Positions 24,810 through 40,418 of a stretch of 64,000 nt of DNA are shown here, in pieces. The position numbers and the translations under genes are program-made. The stretch's first letter is position 1. Every line of letters begins with the position of its first letter. Origin of the DNA: Tricharina praecox (taxonomy: Eukaryota); contig NW_026250404.1 of the NCBI RefSeq assembly GCF_024521635.1, forward strand, positions 1,922,001-1,986,000, read 5' to 3'. The notes under the pieces were generated by a model that saw nothing but the letters and a program-made list of their open reading frames with translations, was not told the DNA's origin and searched no databases.

Positions 24810-27800
24810 ATGGCTACCGAGTACAACGAGGTCTTTGAGGATGCGGCCGACTCGTCCACCGTCAGGACCATCCACCGCGTCCGTGCCAACTCGACCATCA
24901 TGCACCTGAACAAGATTCTGGGTAACCCATACACCCCTCCGCCTAGCCCATCCACCCCACCACCCCGCACCTCCTACACAGCGGGGTGGAAGTAAAAGTG
25001 AATGTGAATGCTGACGGTAACGCTTGCGTGTGGAACAACAGTCGCCAACCGTGGAGAGATTCGTAAGTTCTCCTACTCTGAGTGACCGGCGATTGGTTAG
25101 GTGGAAGGCTGATTGAGATAATAGCTATTCGTGTATGCATCGCCTATCTATGCTGGTTTAACCTTCGGCTGTTTGAGGAGGTCAATTGGGATGGCTTTGC
25201 TGACTAGGACTTGTGGCGCCGTGAATAGATCTTCAGAACTGTACGTTGAACCTATGCCAGAGGGGGGGGGGGGGGGGGGGGGGGGGGGGCGATGGAGGCG
25301 ATATAGGCGATAGAGAGGCTAATTGAGACGCTTTATAGGCACACGAGCTGTCGTTGCAAACTGTGGCTATCTACAGTTATGAGGACCGTCTCAGCATGCA
25401 TCGTCAAAGTGGGTAGCTTCCGGCGCAGTAGAGGGAGGAGGAGGAGGGAGGGGGCAATTGGCTGACTCATTGGACAACAGAGGCGGACGAGGCCTACATG
25501 ATCGGAAAGCGGGGACAGTACACACCTGTCCAGGCCTACCTCGCTATCGACGAGATTGTCAAGATTGCCGTCCAGCACGGCGTCGACATGATCCATCCCG
25601 GTGAGTAGCGGCGCTCCAAAGGTTGTGCGGGAGAGCTTGGCTGATGGCGAAAGGTTACGGATTCCTCTCGGAGAACGCCGAATTCGCTCGCAAGGTCGAG
25701 GAGAACGGAATGGTCTTCATCGGTCCTACGCCCCAGGTCATCGATGCCCTTGGTGACAAAGTGTCTGCACGCCGAGCGGCTATCAAGGAGAACGTGCCAG
25801 TCGTTCCCGGTACCGAGGGTCCCGTCGACAAGTTGAGCGAGTGCGAGGATTTCGTCGCGCTGCACGGATACCCGGTTATCATCAAGGCTGCCTTCGGTGG
25901 AGGTGGACGTGGTATGCGTGTCGTGAGGGAGGGAGACAACCTGCAGGACGCGTTCACTCGTGCTTCTTCCGAGTAAGTACCCCGCCCTGCCAGCAGGGTA
26001 GGGATGTTTCATTCGCTTACGCTTCGCACATAGGGCTCTGTCGGCTTTCGGAAACGGCACCGTGTTCATTGAGCGTTTCCTCGACCGCCCCAAGCACATT
26101 GAGGTCCAGCTGTTGGGTGACAACCACGGAAATGTCGTTCACTTGTACGAGCGTGACTGTTCCGTCCAGCGACGACACCAGAAGGTCGTCGAGATTGCGC
26201 CCGCGAAAGATCTGCCCGACCATGTCCGACAGGGCATCCTGGCCGACGCCGTGCGATTGGCCAAGTCGGTACGATACCGCAACGCCGGTACCGCCGAGTT
26301 CCTGGTCGACCAGCAGAACCGATACTACTTCATCGAGATCAACCCCAGAATCCAGGTCGAGCACACCATCACCGAGGAGATCACTGGTATCGATATCGTT
26401 GCGGCGCAGATCCAGATTGCCGCCGGTGCGACTCTGGAACAGCTCGGTCTGACCCAGGACCGTATCTCCACCCGTGGTTACGCCATCCAGTGCCGTATCA
26501 CCACTGAGGACCCCAGCAAGCAGTTCCAGCCCGACACTGGTAAGATCGAAGTTTACCGCTCTGCAGGTGGTAACGGAGTCCGTCTCGATGGTGGAAACGG
26601 TTTCGCCGGTGCTATCATCACCCCCCACTACGACTCCATGTTGGTCAAGTGCACTTGCCACGGCTCCACATTCGAGGTCGCCCGACGAAAGATCCTCCGT
26701 GCGCTGGTCGAGTTCAGGATCCGTGGTGTCAAGACCAACATTCCTTTCTTGGCTTCGCTGCTCACCCACGAGACTTTCATCACCGGCAACTGCTGGACCA
26801 CTTTTATCGACGATACTCCCTCGTTGTTCTCTCTGATGAAGTCTCAGAACCGTGCTCAGAAGCTCTTGGCGTACCTTGGAGATGTTGCCGTCAACGGCAG
26901 CAGCATCAAGGGACAAGTCGGAGAGCCCAAGTTCAAGGGTGAAATCATCTTCCCCGACCTCTACGATGCGGAAGGAAAGCTCATCGACATCTCGGAGCCT
27001 TGCCCGACCGGATGGAGGAATATCCTGGTCAAGGAGGGTCCCGAGGCTTTCGCCAAGGCCATCCGTAAGAACACCGGTACTCTGTTGATGGACACCACCT
27101 GGCGTGATGCCCACCAGTCGCTCCTGGCGACTAGGGTCCGTACCACCGATTTGGTTGCTATTGCGAAGCACACCAGTTGGGCGTACTCCAACGCTTACAG
27201 TTTGGAGTGCTGGGGTGGTGCCACATTCGATGTGGCCATGAGATTCTTGTACGAGGACCCTTGGGACAGATTGAGGAAGCTGAGGAAGCTCGTGCCCAAC
27301 ATCCCCTTCCAGATGTTGCTGCGTGGTGCCAACGGTGTTGCCTACTCTTCGCTTCCTGACAACGCCATCGACCATTTCGTCGACCAGGCCAAGAAGAACG
27401 GTGTCGACATCTTCCGTGTCTTCGATGCGCTCAACGATCTCGACCAGCTCGAGGTTGGTGTGAAGGCCGTCAAGAAGGCCGGAGGTGTGGTTGAGGCTAC
27501 TATCTGCTACAGCGGAGACATGCTTAACCCCAAGAAGAAGTACAACCTTGCGTACTACTTGGATCTGGCCGACAAGGTGGTTGCCATGGGCACCCACATC
27601 CTCGGTATCAAGGATATGGCTGGTGTTTTGCGGCCAAAGGCTGCGACTCAGTTGATCGGTGCCATCCGCGCCAAGTACCCCGATCTCCCCATCCACGTGC
27701 ACACCCACGACTCCGCCGGTACCGGTGTTGCCTCCATGGCTGCTTGCGCACATGCTGGTGCCGACGCCGTTGACACGGCTACCGACAGCATGTCGGGTAT

Positions 27801-28998
27801 GACTTCCCAGCCCAGTGTTGGTGCCGTCATTGCATCCCTCGAGGGATCCGACTGCGACCCGTGCCTCAACATCGACCACATCCGTGCCATCGACACGTAC
27901 TGGGCCCAGCTTCGTCTCATGTACTCTTGCTTCGAGGCCGGACTTACCGGACCCGACCCTGAGGTGTACGTACACGAGATCCCCGGAGGACAGCTCACCA
28001 ACCTCATCTTCCAGGCCACACAGCTTGGATTGGGAACACAGTGGCAGGAGACAAAGAAGGCCTACCACCAGGCCAATTACCTCCTCGGCGACATCGTCAA
28101 GGTCACTCCCACATCGAAGGTTGTCGGAGATCTTGCACAGTTCATGGTTTCCAACAAGCTCACTTCCGAGCAAGTCGTCGAGAAGGCCGAGTCCCTGGAC
28201 TTCCCCGGCTCCGTGCTCGACTTCTTTGAGGGTCTGATGGGTCAACCATACGGAGGCTTCCCCGAGCCTCTCCGGACCAAGGTGCTCCGCAACACCCGCA
28301 AGAAGTTGACCGAGCGCCCTGGAAAGTCTCTGCCTCCCACCGAGTTGGCCAAGATCAAGTCAGAGCTCGAGACCAAGTACGGCTTTGCTTCCGAGTGCGA
28401 CGTTGCCAGTTACGTCATGTACCCCAAGGTCTTCCAGGAGTACAAGGACTTCTGCAGCAAGTACGGAGACTTGAGCGTGCTCCCCACAAAGTACTTCCTG
28501 TCCCGACCCGACATAGGCGAGGAGTTTGGTGTTGAGATCGAGAAGGGTAAGATCTTGATTCTGAGACTATTGGCGGTCGGACCCCTGTCCGAGCAGACAG
28601 GTCAGAGGGAGGTCTTCTTCGAGATGAACGGAGAGGTCAGACAGGTCACTGTCGACGACAAGCACGCTGCCGTGGAGAACTTGAGCAGGGCCAAGGCTGA
28701 CCCTAACGACGGTTCTCACGTCGGTGCACCCATGTCTGGTGTTGTCGTTGAGGTCCGCGTCAAGAACGACACGGATGTCAAGAAGGGTGACCCGATAGCT
28801 GTGCTCAGCGCCATGAAGATGGTAAGATATCCTCCCTAAATTTGCCACCTGTCTCCGAAATATGTTTACTAATCGAATTGAAATATATAGGAGATGGTTA
28901 TCAGTGCGCCTCACTCCGGAAAGGTCCACGATCTCGCGGTCAAGGAGGGAGACTCCGTAGATGGCCAGGACTTAGTCTGCAAGATCCACAAGGCTTAG
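24810..28998 (+). CDS. PYC1: Pyruvate carboxylase, multi-exon with 5' micro-exons
   Basis: KILVANRGEIPIRIFRTAHEL rebuilt across micro-exons; [55 protein letters not shown], biotin site AMKM|E; TAG 28996-28998. Confidence 0.98.
25262..25289 (+). repeat. G28 homopolymer in PYC intron 4
   Basis: Read directly; lies within intron 25241-25338. Confidence 0.9.
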
Positions 28999-30134
28999 GC
29001 TTGTTAGGACATGCAGTGAAAGGGCACTTTGTAGATGCGACGGGATGGGGTTGGGGTTGGGTTGGGCTGGTTTCGGGGTGTTTGTGCATCGTTTGTTCGA
29101 GTTTCTTCAGGCTTTGGGGCTGTTGCTTGTGCTTATTCTGTGGTCACGGTCTTGTTTACTAGTCTCCTTTGTGTTTCATTTGTGTTCCTTTGGGCTTTAA
29201 TGCGGGATTGGGATGCTCGCAGCAGTTGTTGATTTCGTGATGAATACACCGATGATGTTGTGATGTTAATATATTGACCGCTTGCACCGCCACGCCAGTG
29301 AAAACCATCCGGGTTCTTCCCCCCCACCCACGTGGCGCTCGGCTCAGGCAACCCCACCACTCTGCCACACTGCACTAACGAAACGTCATCGGCGAAGGTG
29401 CGGGGTTGTTTCTCATCGGCCACCACTCCATTTGACATCCCACTCTTCGGCGACAGAGGGATCCGCCGCCCCACCCTCATCTTTAATATGTAGATTCTCA
29501 TCCAGCCCGTCATCCACCCACGGGCCACTCATGGCTACTAACTAGGTTCAGATGGTCCAATTGCGTTCCGCTGATAAAATATTGACTCCTGTTGCGTGCT
29601 TGGTCTTATCGACGTAGTTGCGATTTAAGGCTAGTTAGATGGACATCGAACTTTTGCGTGAAGCCTGGAGGTTTGGGCTGGGGCAGAGCAGGGCTTACCC
29701 AGACGATATCGCGTATAATTGCGATCTTTCTGGCCACCTAAAGTCCCTCATCTTACGTACATACTTGAAAAGACGCCGGAAAAAAAAAGAGACCCCTCTT
29801 CCTTCTTCCCCCCCGCTTCTGCTCGTCTTCTAGCCCTGCCGACTCACCAACCACCCGTTTCCGGTCTATCTATCAGTGTTTACTCTCTGGTCCTAGCTCC
29901 GTTGTCCGCTAAGTCGCCGTTGTTCGTTCCTCGCTCAACCCACCACCACCCATCCCATCGTCCCACCATCCCACCATCAACCTTGCCCAGTCTTCTCCGA
30001 TCTTCTTCGCCGTGCTAGATAAATTGTGAGCTTCTTTTCTTTCTCCCTTTCTCCCTTCTCTCTCTCCTCTCATCGCAAGTTAACACAATATACAAGCACC
30101 GAAAAAAGCACATTTCAATACCAACACAATCGAA

Positions 30135-32078
<1,944 letters not shown>

Positions 32079-34464
32079 ATCTTTTGTAATCTTTCTGGTG
32101 TTTTTCTTTCTCCTTTTCTTTTCGTTTCGGGTGTTTTCCTCTTTTCTTTTGTTATTGGGATGGGATGGGATGGGATGGGGATGGGGATGGGGGGTTTTTT
32201 TTCCCTGGGGGAAAATTTGTGATGATAATAGGTACATATGCCGCTCTCTGGCATCTGATGAAGTGGAATAGAGTTCTCTTCCCGTGCTTGATGTGATGCG
32301 ATGCGACGTGATGTGAGGTGAGGTGAGGTGATTTCGAACACGAGACGTCACTCAGTGTCAGTCGCGTGGGGGCCGGTGTCGGGACAGAGGCCAGTTGGAT
32401 ATGGTCGTCGCTATAGGTAGGCTAGACAGGCCGTATACGACAATAATTGATGTTCTCCCTCTCATTCGGGGTATAAGATGGCACTGGGTACATCGGGGTT
32501 TACTAGGAAGTGTATGAAAAGTTACAGCGAATGCAAGGCCATAGGTATGGTGCCTACAGTATATAACGGCACAGTGGTTTTGAGCTTTGCACCCGGATAA
32601 CTTACATGGCAACAGCCGGCCCCACCAAAAAGATCAAAAAAGATCACCTGACAACTCTCAAACATGCAACTTCACCAGCCGGCGATGACTGGTATACACC
32701 AGTTCCTTTCCACTACGAGAATCAATCACTGCCGGTGGTTGGCTATGCATATCCTGGGACAGGCTATCCGGTGGTAGAGTCTGGATGGCGGCCCGTATTT
32801 CGGATGGTAGTTGAAGAGCTGAGTTCCGGGTCCGAAAATCTCTCCGAGCTTTTCTCCAACCGAGTGCATGTGACCACTACACTTACTTTAGAGTGAAAAT
32901 CAGTTGCTATCACGTGGGGGTTTAGTGTACACGATGATGATTTCCATACAAAACCCGATGTTACATCTTGCAAAAGATATTCACACCAGCATCGGACCAG
33001 GAATCTAGTGATGGGGGGAGGTACATAACCTGTGCCTTTTTCACTTTCCGTCACTCATAGCTGCTGCCGGCTGCTAGCTGGCTTGAACAATTAACCGCAA
33101 AAAGAGGGCCCTTCAAAATTGCAGGCACCATACGGTAACGAGGACCATGGAACTTAGAACTTGGAAGAAATGCAACGATCGATGGCTTCCCGCTCCAACC
33201 CCCTTGGGAAAAAAAGACGAAAAATGGAGCGAGGCTAAGGCCAAAGGATAGTAGAAATACTGAATCCCGGGAAGAGAGGAGATACATACAGAGCTGAGAG
33301 GAACGACGGCGACGAGAGGGTGGCGGATGGACGGACGGACGGACATAAGAAGCTGGTATCACGGTACTAATAGTAGAGTAGATGAAGATGAAGATGAAGA
33401 TGAAGATGAAGACGGGCCACACTCTCAATACGTTTCAACTTTCTCCGTACATAAGTGATCAGGGTGGGGCTTTGCCAGATATCTCTCCGAAGAACTACAT
33501 GTATATGGTCATCTACCACGAGAAGCCGAAGCTCGGGCTCGCCTGAGTACCGTACCGGTACCTGGGGCTGCAAAATTCCATTCTGATATGTATGTACGGG
33601 TACCCACGCAACTCTGATCTTCGACGGCATCGAGTCTCGACATTAGGTACCGGTAGGTACTCGCCAGAGACGACTCGACGAGCACACCCGCGGGAGCAAT
33701 CTCGCCGCAAGCACGATCTTCGCCGTCCATGGTCTCCAGTCTCCAGGAATCTTGTTCCGTGACTCCAGCTCCCGCTCGCTCGGCGCTTGCGTGGTCGGGC
33801 CGAGCGCGCTAAAATATGGTTTAAACTTCACGCGCCACGGCGGCAAACCGTCACCGTCTCCGTCGACAGCCGTTCCGTCCATATCGTTGACTAGGTATGA
33901 ATGTTTGTATAGAGTATACATTACAACGTTCACTGAAGATAGTTACGCTTTCCCGCTTTTTCAGGCTTCAACACAAAGAACGGGCGGAGTCGTCGGTCGT
34001 GATTGGCCTGACAGACCGAGGAGAATGGGTTCCGAGTCGCTGGCTTCAAACAAATGCCCGGGTGGCCGATCGTTGGATTCGGAGTCGCCAGAAGCACACA
34101 CACACATACACACGCGGGCAGACAGATAATCATTGGTATGATCGAAGAATTATTATAGGTAGACTACTATAATTACACATACCAGTGTGTTGGCCCTCTC
34201 CGCGGGAATAAGCTTTCGCCCCCAAATACAAGTCCAAATCCAACTCCAATGAGATGAGATTTCCGATCTCCCACAAACCCCCCCCCCCCCAGATGCCAAT
34301 TCTCGATTGCTGTTGCTGCCTATGATATCCAAAGCCCATACGAAAAAGAAATTGCAAAGTAAAGATCGTGACAACATTGACCAAACAAACCCCCCAAACC
34401 CACCCCAAACCCACCCTAAACTCCCTCAAAAAAATACATATCAACACACACCCCCCCTCCAGGC

Positions 34465-36424
34465 TCAAACATGCGGCCAATAATCCGTCCAACCCACGGT
34501 CACAAACGCATCATCCGGCAGAGACCGCAGACTGATATACCCCTCGACAGTGATGAAGAGGATACAGACCAGATATCCCGCCAGCAGCAGCAGACACAGG
34601 ATCAGCAGGAACACATGCAGGAGGATCCTCCAGTTCGACGTTGGGAGCGGCTGGTCGACAGCGGGGGTCTGCGCTTCGATATTCGTAGCAGACTCTGTGA
34701 CTACTACAGTTTGGGGTTTGTTTTCCTGTGCGGTCGGGAGGGCACCGGCACCGGCGGCGGGTGCAGGTCGACTCTGCGCACTGACCTCAGCGATCTCGTA
34801 GAGATATATAAGCGCCTGGGGCAGATACTCGAGCGGTTTGCAGCCGACCATGCTATTTCGCCAGAGCACTTTAGTCAGGTCCGTATGATACGAGTTCATT
34901 GCGGCGGCGAGGATCGTCGCCGCGGGGAACACCGCCATTCCCACGCACGACAGCCGCCAGAGCAGCCGCTCCGTCGGCGTGGGAAAATCGAGATTCCACG
35001 CTACCGCGTGAAGTCCCGCGAGAATCGTGATGAACAGCCCTTCGACGAACATCATGTTCGGGTTGATCAGCGCGGAGATCAGGCGCCGCAGCAGCGGCGG
35101 GTTGGTGCTGCCGGTAGAGGTGAGCTTGTCCACCCGCGTGATGTACACGATTATGTCGTAGAAGGCCCGGTTGGTCACGGCGGAGAGGCCCGCTGGGGAG
35201 CGGGATATTGTGTAGTCCCGGTCCAGTGGCAGTGGCGAGCCCGGCCCGATGTCGATCGCTTCTCTCGAGAGAAGCTCTTCCTCCGTGAGACCAAGGAACG
35301 GTTGCACGTATTCGTATTCCTCCGTCGAGCCGGTATCACTGGGTGTGTCCGCTCGAGACCCGTGTGCCCCATTGTCTACCTGCTCGTTCTCGGGCTGGCG
35401 CTTTAGTTTGAGCTTGAGCGGGATGGGCTCGTTGACGTCCATTGGCTTCTGCCACCAGCACAGAAATATCAGGACGGTGCAGGCTACTTGGATCAGAACG
35501 TGTATCTCCAGTAGACTAGTACTCATGTTAGCGGTGTTTCCCGAGTGGCGGTGGTTCAATACCTACTTACGTTATTGTAAGGCCGTGGATGTATCGTTGG
35601 AGCGACTGAACCAGCAGCCAGAAGGCCTGCGAGGAAGCCAAGATCTTCCCAAAGTAATCCTCCTTGTTCTTATCCTTGATATCATCTGTTTGGAATGGCG
35701 GGTTGATGTAGTCGTCAAAGTATCCCGCCTTGAGGTATCTGACAAAGCCTTTCGGCGTGAGAGTCGCCATGAAATGCCCGGGATCGCCCACCGCGTCAAA
35801 ATAATGGGGATCGTCCACCGCGCCGTCCGGATTGAGCTTGTACTTCTTGAACCTGCCAGAATAATTCTCCTTGCTAGGTTTCTTCGACACGGCTTCAGAC
35901 CTGTCGATGACGAACCCGCCCATGACGACGAAGAACGCCGTGGTCATTTTGAGATTCGCCCACTTCTTCAATTTCTTCCGTACGATGCGGTCCTGTGGCT
36001 TACTGTCTTTGGTGGGGTATTTCCCGTTGAAGTAATCCCGCCACTCATTCCTGACCATTCTCGCATCGCGCCACTGTCTGTACGCGAGAACCGCAATGCC
36101 CTCGGGGTTGATCGCCGCAATCGCCATCAGCAAGCTCCGGTAGAAGAACCGGTGCCAGGTCGACAACGCCGGAATCGTGTCCGGGTGCACCGTCGTCCAC
36201 ACACAGAAGAGGAACGTCGCCGTGCAGCTGAGGATTATGTTCCACGTCCCGCGGCCCTCGGGGCTCTTGGCGTAGGTCATCGGCCCGAGCGAGGTGCTGT
36301 GATTGTGCACTTGCACCCCCGCGGTGAGGTTCGAATGGTCGGCGGACGTGAGAGAGACCAGGAATAACGCGATGATAGTGATCATGGCCGGCCATGGAGC
36401 GGATAATCGGATTAACGATGCCAT
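34465..36424 (-). CDS. Uncharacterised fungal multi-pass membrane protein, 2 exons
   Basis: Signal-like N-terminus; RGTWNIILSC..CVWTTVHP; FFVVMGGF; DIKDKNKED; intron 35519-35571 joins IT|TLLEIHV; WWQKPMDV; HAVAWNLDFPTPTERLLWR; WTDYWPHV*. Confidence 0.85.
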
Positions 36425-38442
36425 CGTGTGGTTTCGTAGTGGGCTCCGTGGAAAGTCTCAAGCAATTGGTCAGTTTCCTAGAACTGACGGCGGATGAATG
36501 TCAATACATACTTGCGCGTGCCCGAATACCTGTGGGATAGGACCAGCCTGAGGCTATGGATACTAACCTGAGCAATGGGCTACTAGACAAAGAAGTGCCC
36601 GCGCACGAGGGGTCGTTCGTAAGTCTGCTGTGGGGGCAATGGTGAATTTCGACATTCGATGGACAGATGAGCCAGATTTTATGTTTTTTTGTCTCTTTTT
36701 CTTTTCTTTTTCGTCGAGCCTTGTATTGTCGTGTTATATCCACGATCTGTGGGCTTGGATGGCTATTGCATTGGAGGGGATACATAGCAGCCTGTATAAT
36801 TATGTTCGTTGTTCCAGTTCATTATATTGCAGTGCTGTAAGGTGATGTATCATTCGGCCAAGAAGCTACCATCACCAACGTGGAGATGCCACCAACACTG
36901 GCGATGCATACTACTGGCAGCTATGTATGAAGCTGCAGTCGCCACTTTTGTGTCTCATGTCTCACATAGGTATTGGCCCAACCGCTTATCTTGGGCCGCT
37001 ACTGTAAGTACACTGTTCGTCAGTACATACTCCACAGTTTCACAAACGCTGCCCCGCACGTCGAGATACATGTCAAATTATCAATTACAAGCCTGACCAT
37101 TGAATTCACCGAACGACATAGAGCATGTTTGGCCTGAGGGAAGACTATAGTATGGTTCCCAAAGTCATTCCTCCCAATTTCAAGAGCGGCGTTTTCCGAC
37201 CCGATCAGAGAACGATGGCTTCCAATTGACATATGCATACCCAAACCAACAAGGCCACATGGCACCTGGAGCCTTGTGGTCTAGATCAACCCATAATAGG
37301 GAGCAACACACACCGCGGTTGCCCAAAGTGGCGAAGATGGGAATATGGGAATCGGCCATCGCACTCTTTGAGCTGAGGCTGGATAAACTGCTCATCGTAC
37401 ATGCCAATTGATGTGGCATGCAATCATCGTTTTCTAGAAGCACAACGCAGTTCTCACCACCACCACCCGCTTTGCGCATAGGTGCGGTGCCCCGTAGATA
37501 CCCAGTGGTTGCTTTTTCTGACCAGCGACCACAGTGAGGTAGAACATTGGTACGAACGTAAGTACTCCCCCAAAGACACACGGGTGACTGGTTTACTACT
37601 ATACACATGTACTGCCGTTTTGGCTCTTCTCACCGATCGCGGGAGGACATTAATATGGAATCGCGATTGTCTGTGCTCCGAGAACAGTGCTGGGCAGCCG
37701 CTGAAATGATTGCCCCAACCACCGATTATAGGATGTAATTGGTTTATGAGTTAATGGATTGGTGGGGTGATAGACCGATGGATTAACGGATTGATTGGAT
37801 GATTGATGTGCTGTTTCCTACAGACCTGATGGTAATTTCCGTATCAAACGGCATCCAGTTGTTTGTAACTGAAGACGGCCCAATGTTCACCTTCTATTTG
37901 TCTACTCGAGTAGTGCCCAGCCATGTGCAAACCGCTCAGCACGAGTAAGAACTCTCGTTGAAGCAATGTGCGGCTGAAAACAAACCTGAATGTCTCGTAC
38001 GGCAGAGTGTAGGTACTATGATAGCATCACAACCGGCCCGTCATTGGGGTTTGGGCCAAGAATGATTTGAGCGGGGTTGGTTGGAGGTTCACATCGGGGG
38101 CGGGGGACGTTCCTCTTTCGTCACGCTCGCCAGGCGTATGTTGGAGGACACGAACGGAACAAGTCACCATCTTGGCGTTCGCGAAGGCCCGTACCGCACC
38201 ATCGCTAAGTTAGAGGGATGGGGGTTGGTGTAGCAGACCGTTTCCCAGAAAACTGGAAAGTTTGGTTGAGATGGCATCCGTCACTGCACGACCAGGCTGT
38301 CACTCTCTGCAGCTTCCCGATAGCCCCCCTCGTGCCAATGTGGATCGTGTCATATAATAGTTCTATTCTATCAGAGTCAATCTGAACCACTTCCACGCCG
38401 TGCCTAGATACCTAGTGCATGCATACGACGTATTTGTTATAT

Positions 38443-39074
38443 TTACTCCAACCTATCCTATTGTCAGCCCTGCCTCTCCACCACGTCTCTTCCTTCACGG
38501 GGACTCACCTTTCAATCAGATGCACGCCGCTCCCAGTATCCACGGGACCCGACATCTCGCCGGGCTTGAGTGAGAAAGCCACATCCTCAAACTCCTTCTG
38601 CATTTCACCTCTCCCAAAGAACCCGCTGTTTCCACTACATTAGCCCCCGCCCTCAGAACATCCCGTTGTGGTGCGGGGTATGGGGTATGGGGGAGGGACA
38701 AACAGATCACCGCCCTTCCTGGCACTGGAGCAGTCGCTCTCGGTTTCAGCCAGCTTCGCGAGCGAGGCCTCGCCATTCCTTATCTTGCTCTCATAGCCCT
38801 TGATGATCTCAATGGCCTCCTCGTGGGACCGCGTGATCTCGGGGGTCCTCCAGCTGCTCGCACGGCGCGAGTCGCGGTGCTTGACGAGGAGATGCGCGGC
38901 GCGCACCTTCTGCGTCTGCGTCAGCGTGGCGACGTGCGCGGCTAGCAGGTCTTCGTTGGTGCCGTCGGGCGCTGACCATTGCGACATCCCCGTGGGCAAG
39001 TGGAAGTAGTACGGCGCGTTCTTGGACTTGCTGTGCTTAACGATCCAGTCGGGGGGGAGACCGGTCGAGGACAT
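38443..39074 (-). CDS. ESS1: Parvulin-type peptidyl-prolyl isomerase (WW + PPIase), 3 exons
   Basis: LPPDW..YYF..QW..P WW domain; [23 protein letters not shown] | [21 protein letters not shown] | LE*. Confidence 0.96.
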
Positions 39075-40418
39075 GGTGGCTGGAGGTGATGGCGAGGTGG
39101 GGTGGGGTGGTGGTGATGGTGGTGGTGGGATGGTGATGGTGGTGGGGCTGCTCGAGCTGGGAAGTGGTGATGCGGGGCTTGGAGTCGTGACACAATGTGC
39201 TCATCCCGGCCAGACACCATTCCACCACGGCTCACCCACGCGTCGGTGACATTCGCACGCGACGTCTAGTGAACATTCTATTCAGGAGTGGTGACTTGGC
39301 CATGTGTCTTAAGCTCCGAGCTCCAAGCTCCCGTATCGTCGTTGGCTGGCGCACCGTTTGCTTATGTACTTACCCATCTACAGCTTGTACCAGGAAATCC
39401 GAGTGAGGGGCCATGAATGCATCGGACCAGAGAGGATGACAACAACGGTCTCGTCTTTGAGAGATGCCAACAAAGAGGTAAGGAACTGTTGGAGTTGCAG
39501 GATAGGTAGCGATGATTGAGAGTGAGAGCCAGAGCCGGTGATTTATCTTATCCATCTGCCATCTTTGTCTGATCATCTTATCTCATCGCCCACAGCAGGT
39601 CGCGGCGCTGTCTCCGTCCGTCAGTTGTTAGAGTGGCCATGGATGGATGCGATGAGAGTGAAGCGAGACAGAAACACCCAAACAGAAAAGGGTTCGCAGC
39701 GGAAGTATGTGCCTGTGAAGGATAGTTATCACGAGTGTCCTCCACGCACACTTGTTCACCAAATAGGCATATACCTACCAAATCATCGTCACAGGAACCG
39801 TAAAGCATCCATTTCAGTTCGCGTCTCGTCTTATTATACCTGCCTCCCTCCATATCCGTAACTATCGTACTCTCTGTTGTTTGTTTGCTGCCCTCCCGTC
39901 TGTCCGACCGTTAACCGCGCACTCATCGCCATCGAGCAACTCACAACTCCCCACCCCTTCCCCATCCCCCGAGTTCCAACTGCCGCCCTTGTCCAGAGAT
40001 CATCGTCGTTCCTTCCGTCTAGGTATCCTGAGCCTAACCCACACACACCTCCACATCTCCACCTTCCACCTCCACTTCTCCCCCCATCAACCACCCACCT
40101 CCGCCGCCGCCGCCGCTCCTTTCGCTCGCATGCTAAACGACACGACGACAACGACCACAGCTTAGCCGTAATTACCAACCCTACCTAAACACCATCTACA
40201 CACTCTACTTGCTGCCTTTTCCTGTTCCCGCGACGCAACGATCTCGAGGAGGTAGGTAGGTAGGTAACTTTGCAGGTAAACGTGAGAGGAGATAAGACCG
40301 GTGGACCCTGCGGCGCGCGAGACTCCAACGACCACATAACCCACCTCACCCCCCAACGATCGCGATCGCAACCACACCACAACCCACAACCCACGCCCAC
40401 GCCCACCACCGAGAGACC

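Noticed and set aside
26017..28245. 742-aa antisense ORF, and similar antisense ORFs over TPS2, CHC1, ENO and the TPR gene
   Set aside because: Shadow frames caused by strong codon bias of the real genes; no recognisable protein.
32606..33933. Short ORFs between ENO and the membrane protein gene (32606-32896 +, 33643-33933 -)
   Set aside because: No recognisable family or consistent exon chain; could be relics but unsupported without a search.
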